DNA of 64,000 nucleotides from Ferrimonas sp. (GTDB taxonomy: Bacteria > Pseudomonadota > Gammaproteobacteria > Enterobacterales > Shewanellaceae). The position numbers and the translations under genes were made by a program. The stretch covers positions 7,223 to 71,222 of the forward strand of contig NZ_JBLXDO010000017.1 of assembly GCF_048263965.1 (NCBI RefSeq). The letters are read 5' to 3'. The notes under the pieces are model-generated. The model did no database searches. It saw only the letters and a program-made list of their open reading frames with translations, and was not told where the DNA came from. Positions 55,544 to 64,000 of this stretch are shown here, piece after piece (the first letter of the stretch is position 1; the number at the start of each line of letters is the position of its first letter).

Positions 55544-55966
55544 TTACTGACCGAGATTGCTGAGTACTACGCCCAGACAACCGCCGATGGTGATGGCCGG
55601 CCCATAGGGCACACCTCTTTCCCTGGCCTTGGCGCGATTGGTGATCAGCATGGCGATGGCGATGGTCGCCCCCACCAGGGTGATCACCAACAGCACCCCG
55701 GGAAACAGCTCAGGATTGATTCCCAGGGAGTAAGCCGCCAGCAGCTTGGTGTCGCCGGCGCCTAAAATATTAAGCATCATTAACGCCATGCCGACAGCAA
55801 CGATAATAATGGGCAGCAGTAACTGAATCCGTTCCCCGGGGCCTGTAAGAGCAATAATTGCGGTGAGCACCCCGGTAAAAACCACTGTTATATTTGAAAT
55901 TTTTCTGTGTCTGATGTCGCTGTATATGACCACCAGACTCACTAGTGCAAGAATAATCAACAGCAC
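55544..55966 (-). CDS. tadV: Flp prepilin peptidase (A24, TadV/CpaA)
   Basis: YSDIRHRKISN and GAGDTKL aspartates; GVPYGPAI. Confidence 0.88.
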   Translation of the reverse strand: MLLIILALVSLVVIYSDIRHRKISNITVVFTGVLTAIIALTGPGERIQLLLPIIIVAVGMALMMLNILGAGDTKLLAAYSLGINPELFPGVLLVITLVGATIAIAMLITNRAKARERGVPYGPAITIGGCLGVVLSNLGQ

Positions 55967-56163
55967 TGGTCACCCCGCAGTTTTACCGTTTTATCTGTAT
56001 GTTAACCGGAGTCGTTTCGACTGTATCAGACTTTATCATTTTTTTCTTATAAAAATATAAGGAGAAAAGGCTAGTGGCCCAATTCGGATCGCACATAGTA
56101 TTGGTTCTGCAAAGCAATCAAGGCAATTGACGCCAAACAAATTATTCCTGGGGGAATCTTCAT

Positions 56164-56376
56164 ATGTTCGATTACATCAAGTCCAAATTCTACCTCTCTT
56201 TCGGTCAGTACATTAAAGATGAGCGTGGTGTAACCGCCGTAGAATACGCCATCATCGCTGTAGCAATGTCTGCCATCATCCTGGTCGTATTCAACGATGG
56301 CTCCCTGAAGACCGCCCTGACCAACGCTGTAGGCTCCATTCAGACCAACATGACTTCTGCGACTACTGCCAACTAA
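56164..56376 (+). CDS. flp: Flp family type IVb pilin
   Basis: DERG/VTAVEYAIIA cleavage site and Flp motif; RBS GGGGGA. Confidence 0.95.
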   Translation: MFDYIKSKFYLSFGQYIKDERGVTAVEYAIIAVAMSAIILVVFNDGSLKTALTNAVGSIQTNMTSATTAN

Positions 56377-56471
56377 TTGTCAGTCGCCAATTAATTGTCC
56401 ACGGTGGAGTTTGTTATCGACGTCAATTAATTGCCAGTCGCCAAGGATTTGTCGGCGCCTAATTGCCCCGA
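56359..56471 (+). repeat. Cluster of TAATTG-containing direct repeats and hairpins after flp
   Basis: 21-nt repeat, 19/21 identical (56370-56390 and 56424-56444); TAATTG four times. Confidence 0.6.
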
Positions 56472-56571
56472 CAGTCTAAATCGATAATTAATCTTTTTAG
56501 TCTGTCGGCGGCCAGACTCAATACCGAATAAGAGCAAAAAGGAGGCTTGCCCTCCTTTTTTTATAGATGCT

Positions 56572-57345
56572 ATGAGTAGATTATTCATTTTCGTCATTAT
56601 CTTCGGCATCGTGCTGTTTTCTATCTTTTCTTTAGAAGAATTCCTGATTGCGCCACAGCCCGAAGTCGCAGCCGTAGAGAATAAGGTCAGAGAGGTCGAA
56701 GTGGCACGTCTTGTTCGGGACGTAAGTCGCTCTGAGTCCGTAGATAAAACCTCTCTGGAATTTATCTCCCTGAATGAAACTGCAGTAGTGAGCCAGAACA
56801 TTACCCCTGCCAGAGAACTTAAACTCACCAAGGGAAGTGTTTTCGGCGGCGATTACAAGGCAGGAAGCTTTTTATTATCTGACATGGTGTCAAACCCTGG
56901 CGATACAGGGTATTTGATGCTGTCCATCGGCGACAAATATGTCCCCTATTTTTATTCTTCAGACGACAACCAGGCCATCGACACCATTCCAATTGCGGTA
57001 GGTGACCGGGTGAGTTTCGTGGCCACCACCGCCGCCACTCACAATATCAAAGAGGCAGGCTACGCCGAAATCACCGACATCACCAGCCGGGTGATTGTCG
57101 AGGATGCCAAGGTGATTCAGGTGCTCAGTGCGCCCCAGAACCAGCAGGACCAGGAGGAGACCGACAGCAGTCTGCTGATCGCCCTGACCGTGGAGCAGGT
57201 GCTGCAGCTGGAGATGGCCAGAAAGCTGGGGGACATCACCCTGGTACCTTCTCGTCTGACTGGCAACACCTTGTCGGTGAAGAGCAGTGACGTCATTGAG
57301 CGTCTCAGCGGTGTTCGGGAGCTTCGTGCCGGGGAGGCCCAATGA
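56572..57345 (+). CDS. cpaB: Flp pilus assembly protein CpaB/RcpC
   Basis: N-terminal anchor, SAF-like domain, VGDRVS, LTVEQVLQLEMA; position in locus. Confidence 0.8.
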   Translation: MSRLFIFVIIFGIVLFSIFSLEEFLIAPQPEVAAVENKVREVEVARLVRDVSRSESVDKTSLEFISLNETAVVSQNITPARELKLTKGSVFGGDYKAGSFLLSDMVSNPGDTGYLMLSIGDKYVPYFYSSDDNQAIDTIPIAVGDRVSFVATTAATHNIKEAGYAEITDITSRVIVEDAKVIQVLSAPQNQQDQEETDSSLLIALTVEQVLQLEMARKLGDITLVPSRLTGNTLSVKSSDVIERLSGVRELRAGEAQ

Positions 57346-58679
57346 TGATTATGCGAGTGACAGCCTGGCTGGTCGCCCTGCTGGTGACTGTGGTGATGAC
57401 CCTGGTTCCCGCCACCGCCGCCACCTATAACCTGGATGAGGGCGGCGCTAAAACCCTGAGATCCAATAAGCCCATCGATACCGTGTTTATCTCCAATGCC
57501 AAGGTGGCGGATTACAAGGTGGTGGACAACCACAAGGTGGTGGTGTTTGGAGTCTCCCCTGGCCTCTCTACGGTGATTCTCTACGATCAGGAGGGCGGGG
57601 AGCTGGCCAACCACACCCTGGTGGTCAACCTCAATCCCAGAGTGCTGGAGCAACTGGTGGCAGCCCATTACCCCGATGAGAAGATCACCATCCGCAATGT
57701 GCTGGAGCAGGTGGTGCTGGAAGGCACGGTTTCCAGTGAGGCGGTGAAGCAATCGGTCTACGAGCTGGTAGGCGAGATGCTGACCAAGGAGGTTCAGGTC
57801 AATGAGATCGTGTTGAACGACACCAACGGCTATGAACTGGCGAACCTCGAATATGGCCGCACCAGCCTCTACCGTGGCGTCATCAACAACCTCAAGGTAC
57901 TGACCACAGAGCAGATCAACGTCAAACTGACGGTGGCTGAAGTCTCCAGCGGCCTGCTGAGCCAGCTGGGTGTTCAGTACGGGTCCGAGGGCGCCGAAGC
58001 GGGGCAGTTCGTGGATTACCTGCTGGACTTCTCTGCCGAAGACATCATCTCCGTCATCTCTGCCAAGAAGGATGAAACCCTGGGGCAGGTGCTGGCCGAG
58101 CCCAACCTGTCGGTGATCTCCGGCGAGACCGCCAGCTTCCTGGTGGGCGGGGAGATCCCCATCGCCGTGCGCACCGATGACACCGTCTCCGTGACCTACA
58201 AGGAGTACGGCATCAAGCTCAACCTGGTGGCCAAGGTGATGGACAGCGACAACATCCGCCTCTCCCTGATGCCGGAAGTGAGCTCTATCGATGCTCAGAA
58301 CACCTACGACAGCACCATTGCCAACATCCCGGCGCTGCGCACCCGTCGTGCTCACACCACAGTCCAACTGAAAGATGGCCAGAGCTTTGTACTGGCGGGT
58401 CTGCTCACCTCAGAGGAGCGGGAGCTGCTGTCACGGGTGCCACTGTTGGGCGACATTCCGGTGCTGGGCAGCCTGTTCAGTCATACCGAGTCTGATTACA
58501 CCAAGACCGAGCTGATTATTGTGGCCACGGTCAACCTGGTGCAGCCCACCTCTCCTGAGCGAGTGCGGCTGCCAGTGATGCAACGGACCAGCGACCTGGA
58601 GCGGCTGCTGGGGATCGAGTTCAGCAACCCTCAGCAACCCGAACTGCAAGAGGTTCTGACCCAGGGAGGTTTCCGATGA
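57342..58679 (+). CDS. rcpA: Tad secretin RcpA/CpaC
   Basis: QINVKLTVAEV, LAEPNLSVISGETASFLVGGEIP, LGDIPVLGSLF, TELII. Confidence 0.93.
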   Translation: MMIMRVTAWLVALLVTVVMTLVPATAATYNLDEGGAKTLRSNKPIDTVFISNAKVADYKVVDNHKVVVFGVSPGLSTVILYDQEGGELANHTLVVNLNPRVLEQLVAAHYPDEKITIRNVLEQVVLEGTVSSEAVKQSVYELVGEMLTKEVQVNEIVLNDTNGYELANLEYGRTSLYRGVINNLKVLTTEQINVKLTVAEVSSGLLSQLGVQYGSEGAEAGQFVDYLLDFSAEDIISVISAKKDETLGQVLAEPNLSVISGETASFLVGGEIPIAVRTDDTVSVTYKEYGIKLNLVAKVMDSDNIRLSLMPEVSSIDAQNTYDSTIANIPALRTRRAHTTVQLKDGQSFVLAGLLTSEERELLSRVPLLGDIPVLGSLFSHTESDYTKTELIIVATVNLVQPTSPERVRLPVMQRTSDLERLLGIEFSNPQQPELQEVLTQGGFR

Positions 58680-59143
58680 AACAGCTTGTTTTCCTATTGG
58701 CAGTGGCGCTGTGTGGCTGCAGCGCCACCCAGGCCCCGGAACCCGCCAAAGTCATGGTTCGTCAGATGGAGACGCGGCTTGAGCTGGCGTCTGTCCGGTT
58801 GCCTGATGCAAATCGGCGCACTCAGGCGTTCATCAATGAGCTGAGTGAGCACTCTGACCACCTGAGCCTGCGCATTCAATATGGTCCAGGAGCCAAAGAG
58901 ATGGCTAATGCACTGAAACTGACCGCCTATGGGTACGGCGTGTCGCCGGTTCGGGTCAATCTGGTGGCCCTTCCCGGCAATGCCAGGGACAAGCTGACCC
59001 TGGATGCCCGTTATCTGCTGATTCAGAACGACGATTGTGGTCGCCTCTCCATGGCCAACCGCGAGCAGTACAGCTTCGGCTGCACCCTGGAGTACAACCG
59101 CACTCTGACCCTGACCAACCCGCTGCCTGGAGGTGTTGAATGA
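58676..59143 (+). CDS. Tad lipoprotein RcpB/CpaD-like
   Basis: Lipobox LCGC; C-terminal CG...FGCTLEYN; follows the secretin. Confidence 0.7.
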   Translation: MKQLVFLLAVALCGCSATQAPEPAKVMVRQMETRLELASVRLPDANRRTQAFINELSEHSDHLSLRIQYGPGAKEMANALKLTAYGYGVSPVRVNLVALPGNARDKLTLDARYLLIQNDDCGRLSMANREQYSFGCTLEYNRTLTLTNPLPGGVE

Positions 59144-60345
59144 ACCTGAGCAGTATCTTTAAGAGCGGCGGTGCGGAGAAGAAGGAAGCCAGCCAGTGCC
59201 TGGATCTGGTGGTATCGCCAGATTCCGAATTGCGTGACCGTGTCATGGAGGGCTACGCCATCGAGGGCTTTGGTCAGCCCAAGGTGGAAAGCAGCCTGGA
59301 AGCCGTGCGTGACTGGGCCGAGAGCGAATATGGTGCCCGCACTCTGATCCTGGATCTGCGCTACGCCGACCCCGAGCAACTCAAAGGAGTTGTTGAGGCT
59401 CAAACCACCCAGCTGGATGTTCAGATCAGTGTGATCATCCTGGGAGAGTCCGATTCCATCAAGTTGAAAAACTGGGTAGAGGCTCAGGGGGCCCGTTATG
59501 TCCTCTGGGAGGGCAACGTCAACGCCCTGATTCACAACGTCGGCGACCTGCGTCGTCCCGGTCCCGCCACCGGCAGCTACAAAGCCAGAACCGCCAAGCG
59601 GATTCTGGTATTGGGCAGCAAAGGGGGCGTGGGCGTCAGCTGCGTCAGCAGTGCCCTGGTGCACCTGTTCTCCGCCAAGGCCGGCCTGCCCACCCTGCTG
59701 GTGGATCATGATAACGGCGCGGTGAGCAGTGATCTCTATCTTGGCATTGAGGGGTTGAAGATCCGCCAGAACAGTTCGGATCTGAGCCATAAGGAGATCG
59801 ATGCCTCCATCGCCCGGACCTACCTCAACCGGGTCAATGACAGGGCGGACTGCCTGATGCTGGAGAGCGTCAACAACTGTGTTGGCTTCCACGCCCCCAA
59901 TCTGCTGGAGCTCTCCCGCCAGTTGGCCCAAGACTACAACTTTATTATCGACTCGGTGCCCTCCACCCTGTTCGACGAGGTCAATGACCCGGGGTTTGCA
60001 GAGCGCTACCACCGCATCTACGTGGTGCTCGACCCGTCGGTCAGCTCGTTGCGTGCCTACAACCAGTTGAAGAGCAAGCTGGATAAGATCCCACATCGGG
60101 TGGTCATCAACCAGTCGCGCCCCAACGGCGACTACGCCCTCACCATGGCAGATGCCCTGGATAAGCTGAAGATGGAGTCCGCCATCTCCCTCGGTTACGA
60201 GGCGGGCCTGGAGAAGGGACTGATTCAGAAAGGGCACTCCTTCATAGAATCCAAGAAGCTGTTGCGCGGCCTGGCCACCATTGTGGATGAGCTGGCCGGT
60301 AAGCGCATCTATGGCGGCGGTCGACTGAGGTGGTTGTCCCGATGA
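59140..60345 (+). CDS. tadZ: TadZ/CpaE (receiver-like domain plus MinD/ParA-like domain)
   Basis: Degenerate Walker A GSKGGVGVS; locus position. Confidence 0.85.
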   Translation: MNLSSIFKSGGAEKKEASQCLDLVVSPDSELRDRVMEGYAIEGFGQPKVESSLEAVRDWAESEYGARTLILDLRYADPEQLKGVVEAQTTQLDVQISVIILGESDSIKLKNWVEAQGARYVLWEGNVNALIHNVGDLRRPGPATGSYKARTAKRILVLGSKGGVGVSCVSSALVHLFSAKAGLPTLLVDHDNGAVSSDLYLGIEGLKIRQNSSDLSHKEIDASIARTYLNRVNDRADCLMLESVNNCVGFHAPNLLELSRQLAQDYNFIIDSVPSTLFDEVNDPGFAERYHRIYVVLDPSVSSLRAYNQLKSKLDKIPHRVVINQSRPNGDYALTMADALDKLKMESAISLGYEAGLEKGLIQKGHSFIESKKLLRGLATIVDELAGKRIYGGGRLRWLSR

Positions 60346-61610
60346 GCATACTGAAGAAGATCTACATCGATCTCAGGGATGAGATCTTCGATGCCATTGA
60401 CGCCGCCAGTATCGGCGATGTCAGCAAGGAGGAGCTGCAGGAGCAGTTGCGTCTTTCCGTGGATCTGCTGGTGGATCAGCGTCAGCTGCAGGTCACCAGC
60501 ATCCAGCGTATGGAGTTGGTGCGTGCCCTGTTCGCCGAGCTCAAGGGGCTGGGACCTCTGCAGGCGCTGCTGGAAAACGACGACATCTCCGACATCATGA
60601 TCAACGGCCCCAATGACATCTTTATCGAGATTGGCGGCAAGGTTGAGCGCTCCGAGATCCAGTTCGTCAACGAGAAGCAGCTGAACACCATTGCCAAGCG
60701 CATCGCCTCCAACGTAGGACGGCGCATCGATGAGGCCAAGCCTCTGTGTGACGCCCGCCTCGAAGATGGCAGCCGGGTCAACATCGTCATTCCGCCGCTG
60801 GCCATCGACGGCACCTCCATCTCCATCCGTAAGTTCAAACAGCAGAAGATCCAGATGGAGAACCTGGTGGAGTTTGGCGCCCTCTCCATGGAGATGGCCA
60901 AGCTGCTGACCATCGCGTCCCACTGTAAGTGCAATGTCCTGATCTCCGGCGGTACGGGGTCGGGAAAAACCACCTTGCTCAACGCCCTGTCTGCCTTTAT
61001 TGGCGAGACCGAACGTATCGTCACCATCGAGGATGCGGCGGAGCTGCAGCTGCAGCAGCCCCATATTGTTCGCCTGGAAACCCGCCAGGCCAGTGTCGAG
61101 GGCACCGGCGCCGTGGATGCCCGGGAACTGGTGATCAACGCCCTGCGGATGCGTCCGGACAGGATCATCGTCGGTGAGTGTCGGGGCGGCGAGGCGTTTG
61201 AGATGCTGCAGGCGATGAACACAGGCCACGATGGATCCATGTCCACCCTGCACGCCAACAGTCCCAGAGACGCCATTGCCCGTGTGGAGAGCATGGTGAT
61301 GATGGCCACCGCCAGCCTGCCCCTGGCGGCGATTCGCCGCGCCATTGTCAGCGCCGTGGACCTCATCGTTCAGGTGAAGCGTCTGCACGATGGCAGCCGA
61401 AAGGTGATGTACATCTCCGAGGTGGTGGGCCTGGAGGGAGACAACGTGGTGCTGGAGGACATCTTCCGCTTCGAGACCGGCATCGATGGCTTCTCCGGTA
61501 ACCGCATCCGCGGCGACTTCCGCACCCCGGGCCTGTCCACCCGTTCGGTGATCTACGAGCGCGCACGTTTCTTCGGTCTGGAGCAGGAGCTTAAGGAGAT
61601 CTTCTCATGA
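60342..61610 (+). CDS. tadA: TadA/CpaF secretion ATPase
   Basis: GGTGSGKTT, IEDAAEL, ALRMRPDRIIVGECRG, MNTGHDGS. Confidence 0.96.
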   Translation: MSILKKIYIDLRDEIFDAIDAASIGDVSKEELQEQLRLSVDLLVDQRQLQVTSIQRMELVRALFAELKGLGPLQALLENDDISDIMINGPNDIFIEIGGKVERSEIQFVNEKQLNTIAKRIASNVGRRIDEAKPLCDARLEDGSRVNIVIPPLAIDGTSISIRKFKQQKIQMENLVEFGALSMEMAKLLTIASHCKCNVLISGGTGSGKTTLLNALSAFIGETERIVTIEDAAELQLQQPHIVRLETRQASVEGTGAVDARELVINALRMRPDRIIVGECRGGEAFEMLQAMNTGHDGSMSTLHANSPRDAIARVESMVMMATASLPLAAIRRAIVSAVDLIVQVKRLHDGSRKVMYISEVVGLEGDNVVLEDIFRFETGIDGFSGNRIRGDFRTPGLSTRSVIYERARFFGLEQELKEIFS

Positions 61611-62524
61611 TTCGCCTGGCCTTCCTCCTGGTGCTGTTCGGCCTGCTGTTCATCTGGTGGCGGGACAGAAAGCGCCACAACAAGATGGACAAGCTGATCG
61701 GCATGGAGCGGGAGCTGGAGGCCCAGGAGGTGGCGCGGATGGTGATTGACGCCAGCCGCTTTGATGCCAGCTTCAAAACCCGCATGAGGGCACACTGGAA
61801 AAGTCTGATCAAGCTGATGTCCCCCAAGCCCCAGGTAAAGTTGGCGCTCTATTTCTGCGCCTCCACCACCGGGCTCTATCTGCTCAACGAGATGCTGCTG
61901 CACCTGAGCCTGCCCATGCTGCTGGGGTGGGGATACCCCATCACCTTCGTGCTCTTTGTTCTGCAACTGCAGAGGATGCGTGAGCAGAGGTTTCAGGATG
62001 ACTTTCCCGATGCCCTCAACATCCTGGCCGGGGCGCTGTCCGCGGGTCAGAGTGTGGTGCACGCCTTCGAGTATGTGGGGGAGCAGCTGGATAACGATGT
62101 GGGTCGGGAGTTCAAGCTGATGTCTGAGCGTCTGCTTATCGGAGAGGACCCTGATGATGTGCTTCAACGCAGCGGCACCACCTTCCCCTATGTGGAGTAC
62201 TTCTTCTTTGTCTCCACCATCCGACTCAATCTGAGCCGGGGTGGTCAGCTCAAGGATGTGATCAACCGCATCAACCGGCTGATGTTTGATGCCCGGGCCC
62301 TTGACAAGAAAAAGAGCGCCCTGACCTCGGAGGCGCGGGCGTCGGCCAAGATCGTGGCGGCACTGCCTTTCATCTTCCTGTTGATCCTGAAGTACACCAG
62401 CCCGGAGAACTACAACTTCGTGATGTTTGAGGAGGGGGGCAAGCCCATCTTCTACTACGTGCTGATCAGTGAGTGCATCGGCTTCGCCTGCATCGCCTGG
62501 ATTCTGCGGGGGGTGGACTCATGA
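61607..62524 (+). CDS. tadB: TadB (T2SS F-family inner-membrane protein)
   Basis: FPDALNILAGALSAG, LTSEARASA. Confidence 0.9.
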   Translation: MIRLAFLLVLFGLLFIWWRDRKRHNKMDKLIGMERELEAQEVARMVIDASRFDASFKTRMRAHWKSLIKLMSPKPQVKLALYFCASTTGLYLLNEMLLHLSLPMLLGWGYPITFVLFVLQLQRMREQRFQDDFPDALNILAGALSAGQSVVHAFEYVGEQLDNDVGREFKLMSERLLIGEDPDDVLQRSGTTFPYVEYFFFVSTIRLNLSRGGQLKDVINRINRLMFDARALDKKKSALTSEARASAKIVAALPFIFLLILKYTSPENYNFVMFEEGGKPIFYYVLISECIGFACIAWILRGVDS

Positions 62525-63390
62525 CCTACGTGCCTCCCTATGTATTTTACCTGGTGGCCCTGGTGTCCGCCTTGCTGCTGGCCTGGGTGGGTTCCCGAAT
62601 CTGGGATCGTTTCGCCACCCGCTGGAATGTGAATGCCTTGCTGGGCACCGGCCAGGGAGAGAAGCCCCAGGGGCAGTGGGTGGATAAGGTAGTCAGCCCC
62701 TTCAGCTTTAACCAGAAGGAGATGGAGAAGAAGCTGGCCAGCGCCGGCATCTATCTGGAGTGGGTGGCACAGAGCTACTACTTCCTGAAGTTCATCCCCT
62801 TTGTGGTGGTGCTGGCGGTGGGGATCTTCCTGCTGATGCGCGGCTACGTGGACTCCACCAAGTTCATCCTGATGGTCAGTCTGAGTGCCGTGGCGTTTCT
62901 GGTGGTGCCGGACATCTACCTGGACATGAGGGCGAAGAAGCTGATCCGCAAGATCAGTGGCCGCCTGCCCTTCCTGCTGGATCTGATGAACGTCTGTGTG
63001 CATACCGGGATGACGGTGGAAGCGGCCCTGGATCATCTGGCCGGGGAACTGGTGATGGTGGATAAGCACCTGGCCCGGGTGGTTCGCATCACCGTGGAGC
63101 GTTCCAAGGTGGTGGGGATCGAAAAGGCGATCCATGAATTTTATGAACTGGTGCCTACCAGCGAGGCCCAGAGTTTTGTGATGACCATTGTCCAGAGTCT
63201 GCAGTACGGCTCCTCTGTGGGCCCCGTGCTCTCTGGTCTGGCATCGGATATTCGGGAGATCAACATGATGAACCTGGAGGAGAAGATCGGCAAGTTGGGG
63301 GCCAAGATGTCCATCCCGCTGATCCTCTTCATCATGGTGCCCATCGTGGTGTTGATTGCTGCTCCCGGCATTATGCGGATGTTGAGTTAG
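62521..63390 (+). CDS. tadC: TadC
   Basis: LPFLLDLMNVCVHTG, EEKIGKLGAKMSIPL; ATGA overlap. Confidence 0.9.
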   Translation: MTYVPPYVFYLVALVSALLLAWVGSRIWDRFATRWNVNALLGTGQGEKPQGQWVDKVVSPFSFNQKEMEKKLASAGIYLEWVAQSYYFLKFIPFVVVLAVGIFLLMRGYVDSTKFILMVSLSAVAFLVVPDIYLDMRAKKLIRKISGRLPFLLDLMNVCVHTGMTVEAALDHLAGELVMVDKHLARVVRITVERSKVVGIEKAIHEFYELVPTSEAQSFVMTIVQSLQYGSSVGPVLSGLASDIREINMMNLEEKIGKLGAKMSIPLILFIMVPIVVLIAAPGIMRMLS

Positions 63391-63398
63391 AGAGGATA

Positions 63399-64000
63399 AT
63401 GACCATGACTAGAACCCTGAGCGCCACCCTGTTGGCAATGAGTCTGGTCGGGTGTGCCAGCCAGCCGGTTGATGATCCACTGGATACTCGCGAAACCCTG
63501 CTTCAGGCCGCCAACAACCAGCCTGGCCTGGTGGCCCACTACAAGGCCAACCTGCAGCAGAAGCCCGAATACAAGCTGGCCCTGATCAACGTCTATCTGG
63601 ATCAGGGAGACATCCGTTCCGCCGAGCTGTACACCAGCCTGCTCTCGGAACAGGAGCGCAAACAGGCCCAGGTGAAACTGGCCCTGGCACGAATCGAGTG
63701 TCAGCAGCAGAACTGGCAGACCTGCGAACAAAAGTTGGAAGCGTACCGTCAGGCCGGTGGTGATACGGTGCAGTATCTGTTGAACCTGGGCCGGGCCAGT
63801 GCGGGCCAGGGGCGCTTTGACCAGGCCTTCGCCCAGTTTGAGGAAGCCCGTCGCCTGGGGGCTGAGGACCTGCTGGTGCAGAACAATCAGGCGGTGGTGC
63901 GGATGATGCAACAGCGCTACACCGATGCCATGGCGCTGCTCTATCCCCTCTATCTGAGTCACCCATCCGATGGCGGCATTCAGGCCAACCTGATTCTGGC
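63399..64000 (+). CDS. tadD: TadD TPR lipoprotein (3' partial; not in the ORF track)
   Basis: RBS AGAGGA; MTMTRTLSATLLAMSLVGC lipobox; TPR-like helices; NNQAVV; open to the window end. Confidence 0.85.
   Translation, partial: MTMTRTLSATLLAMSLVGCASQPVDDPLDTRETLLQAANNQPGLVAHYKANLQQKPEYKLALINVYLDQGDIRSAELYTSLLSEQERKQAQVKLALARIECQQQNWQTCEQKLEAYRQAGGDTVQYLLNLGRASAGQGRFDQAFAQFEEARRLGAEDLLVQNNQAVVRMMQQRYTDAMALLYPLYLSHPSDGGIQANLIL

Noticed and set aside
56061-56163. c-di-GMP riboswitch or sigma54 promoter upstream of flp
   Set aside because: Neither the GGCAAAC...GACGCAAAGC pattern nor correctly spaced -24/-12 GG/GC elements could be matched.
56359-56471. Mini CRISPR array
   Set aside because: Repeats are too short and irregular, there are no unique spacers of constant length, and no cas genes.

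Overview
Chromosomal window from a high-GC marine gammaproteobacterium. Gene content and style suggest Ferrimonas or a Shewanella relative (inference). No rRNA, tRNA, CRISPR array, IS or prophage was seen. In order: (1) a minus-strand periplasmic operon, Tat flavoprotein reductase > tetraheme cytochrome c > signal-peptide cupin > outer-membrane beta-barrel, convergent with a TetR gene; (2) S8 protease, ClsC-type phospholipase D and a ~420-nt structured, terminated intergenic element; (3) ABC-2 exporter, TetR plus a two-MFP RND pump, and two paralogous repeat-module membrane proteins; (4) a canonical Fur-boxed heme locus (hmuTUV, exbBD, tonB / hutWXZ); (5) ABC exporter, pepT, small enzymes and a PAS-GGDEF-EAL protein; (6) a block with lower-GC flanks: LysR, cytochrome b, Tat 4x[4Fe-4S] subunit, AOR-family W/Mo oxidoreductase, unknown protein and beta-barrel; (7) grxA, radD, a diguanylate cyclase, a broken chrA, and acs divergent from a CrbS-type sensor with a CrbR-like palindrome; (8) a Tad/Flp pilus locus running off the end. 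Best candidate for a new system: operon (1) has the layout of the acrylate-respiration locus ardA-ardB-dddY, but the dddY slot holds a different, exported DddK/DddW-like cupin. This points to a putative new periplasmic DMSP lyase coupled to acrylate respiration.
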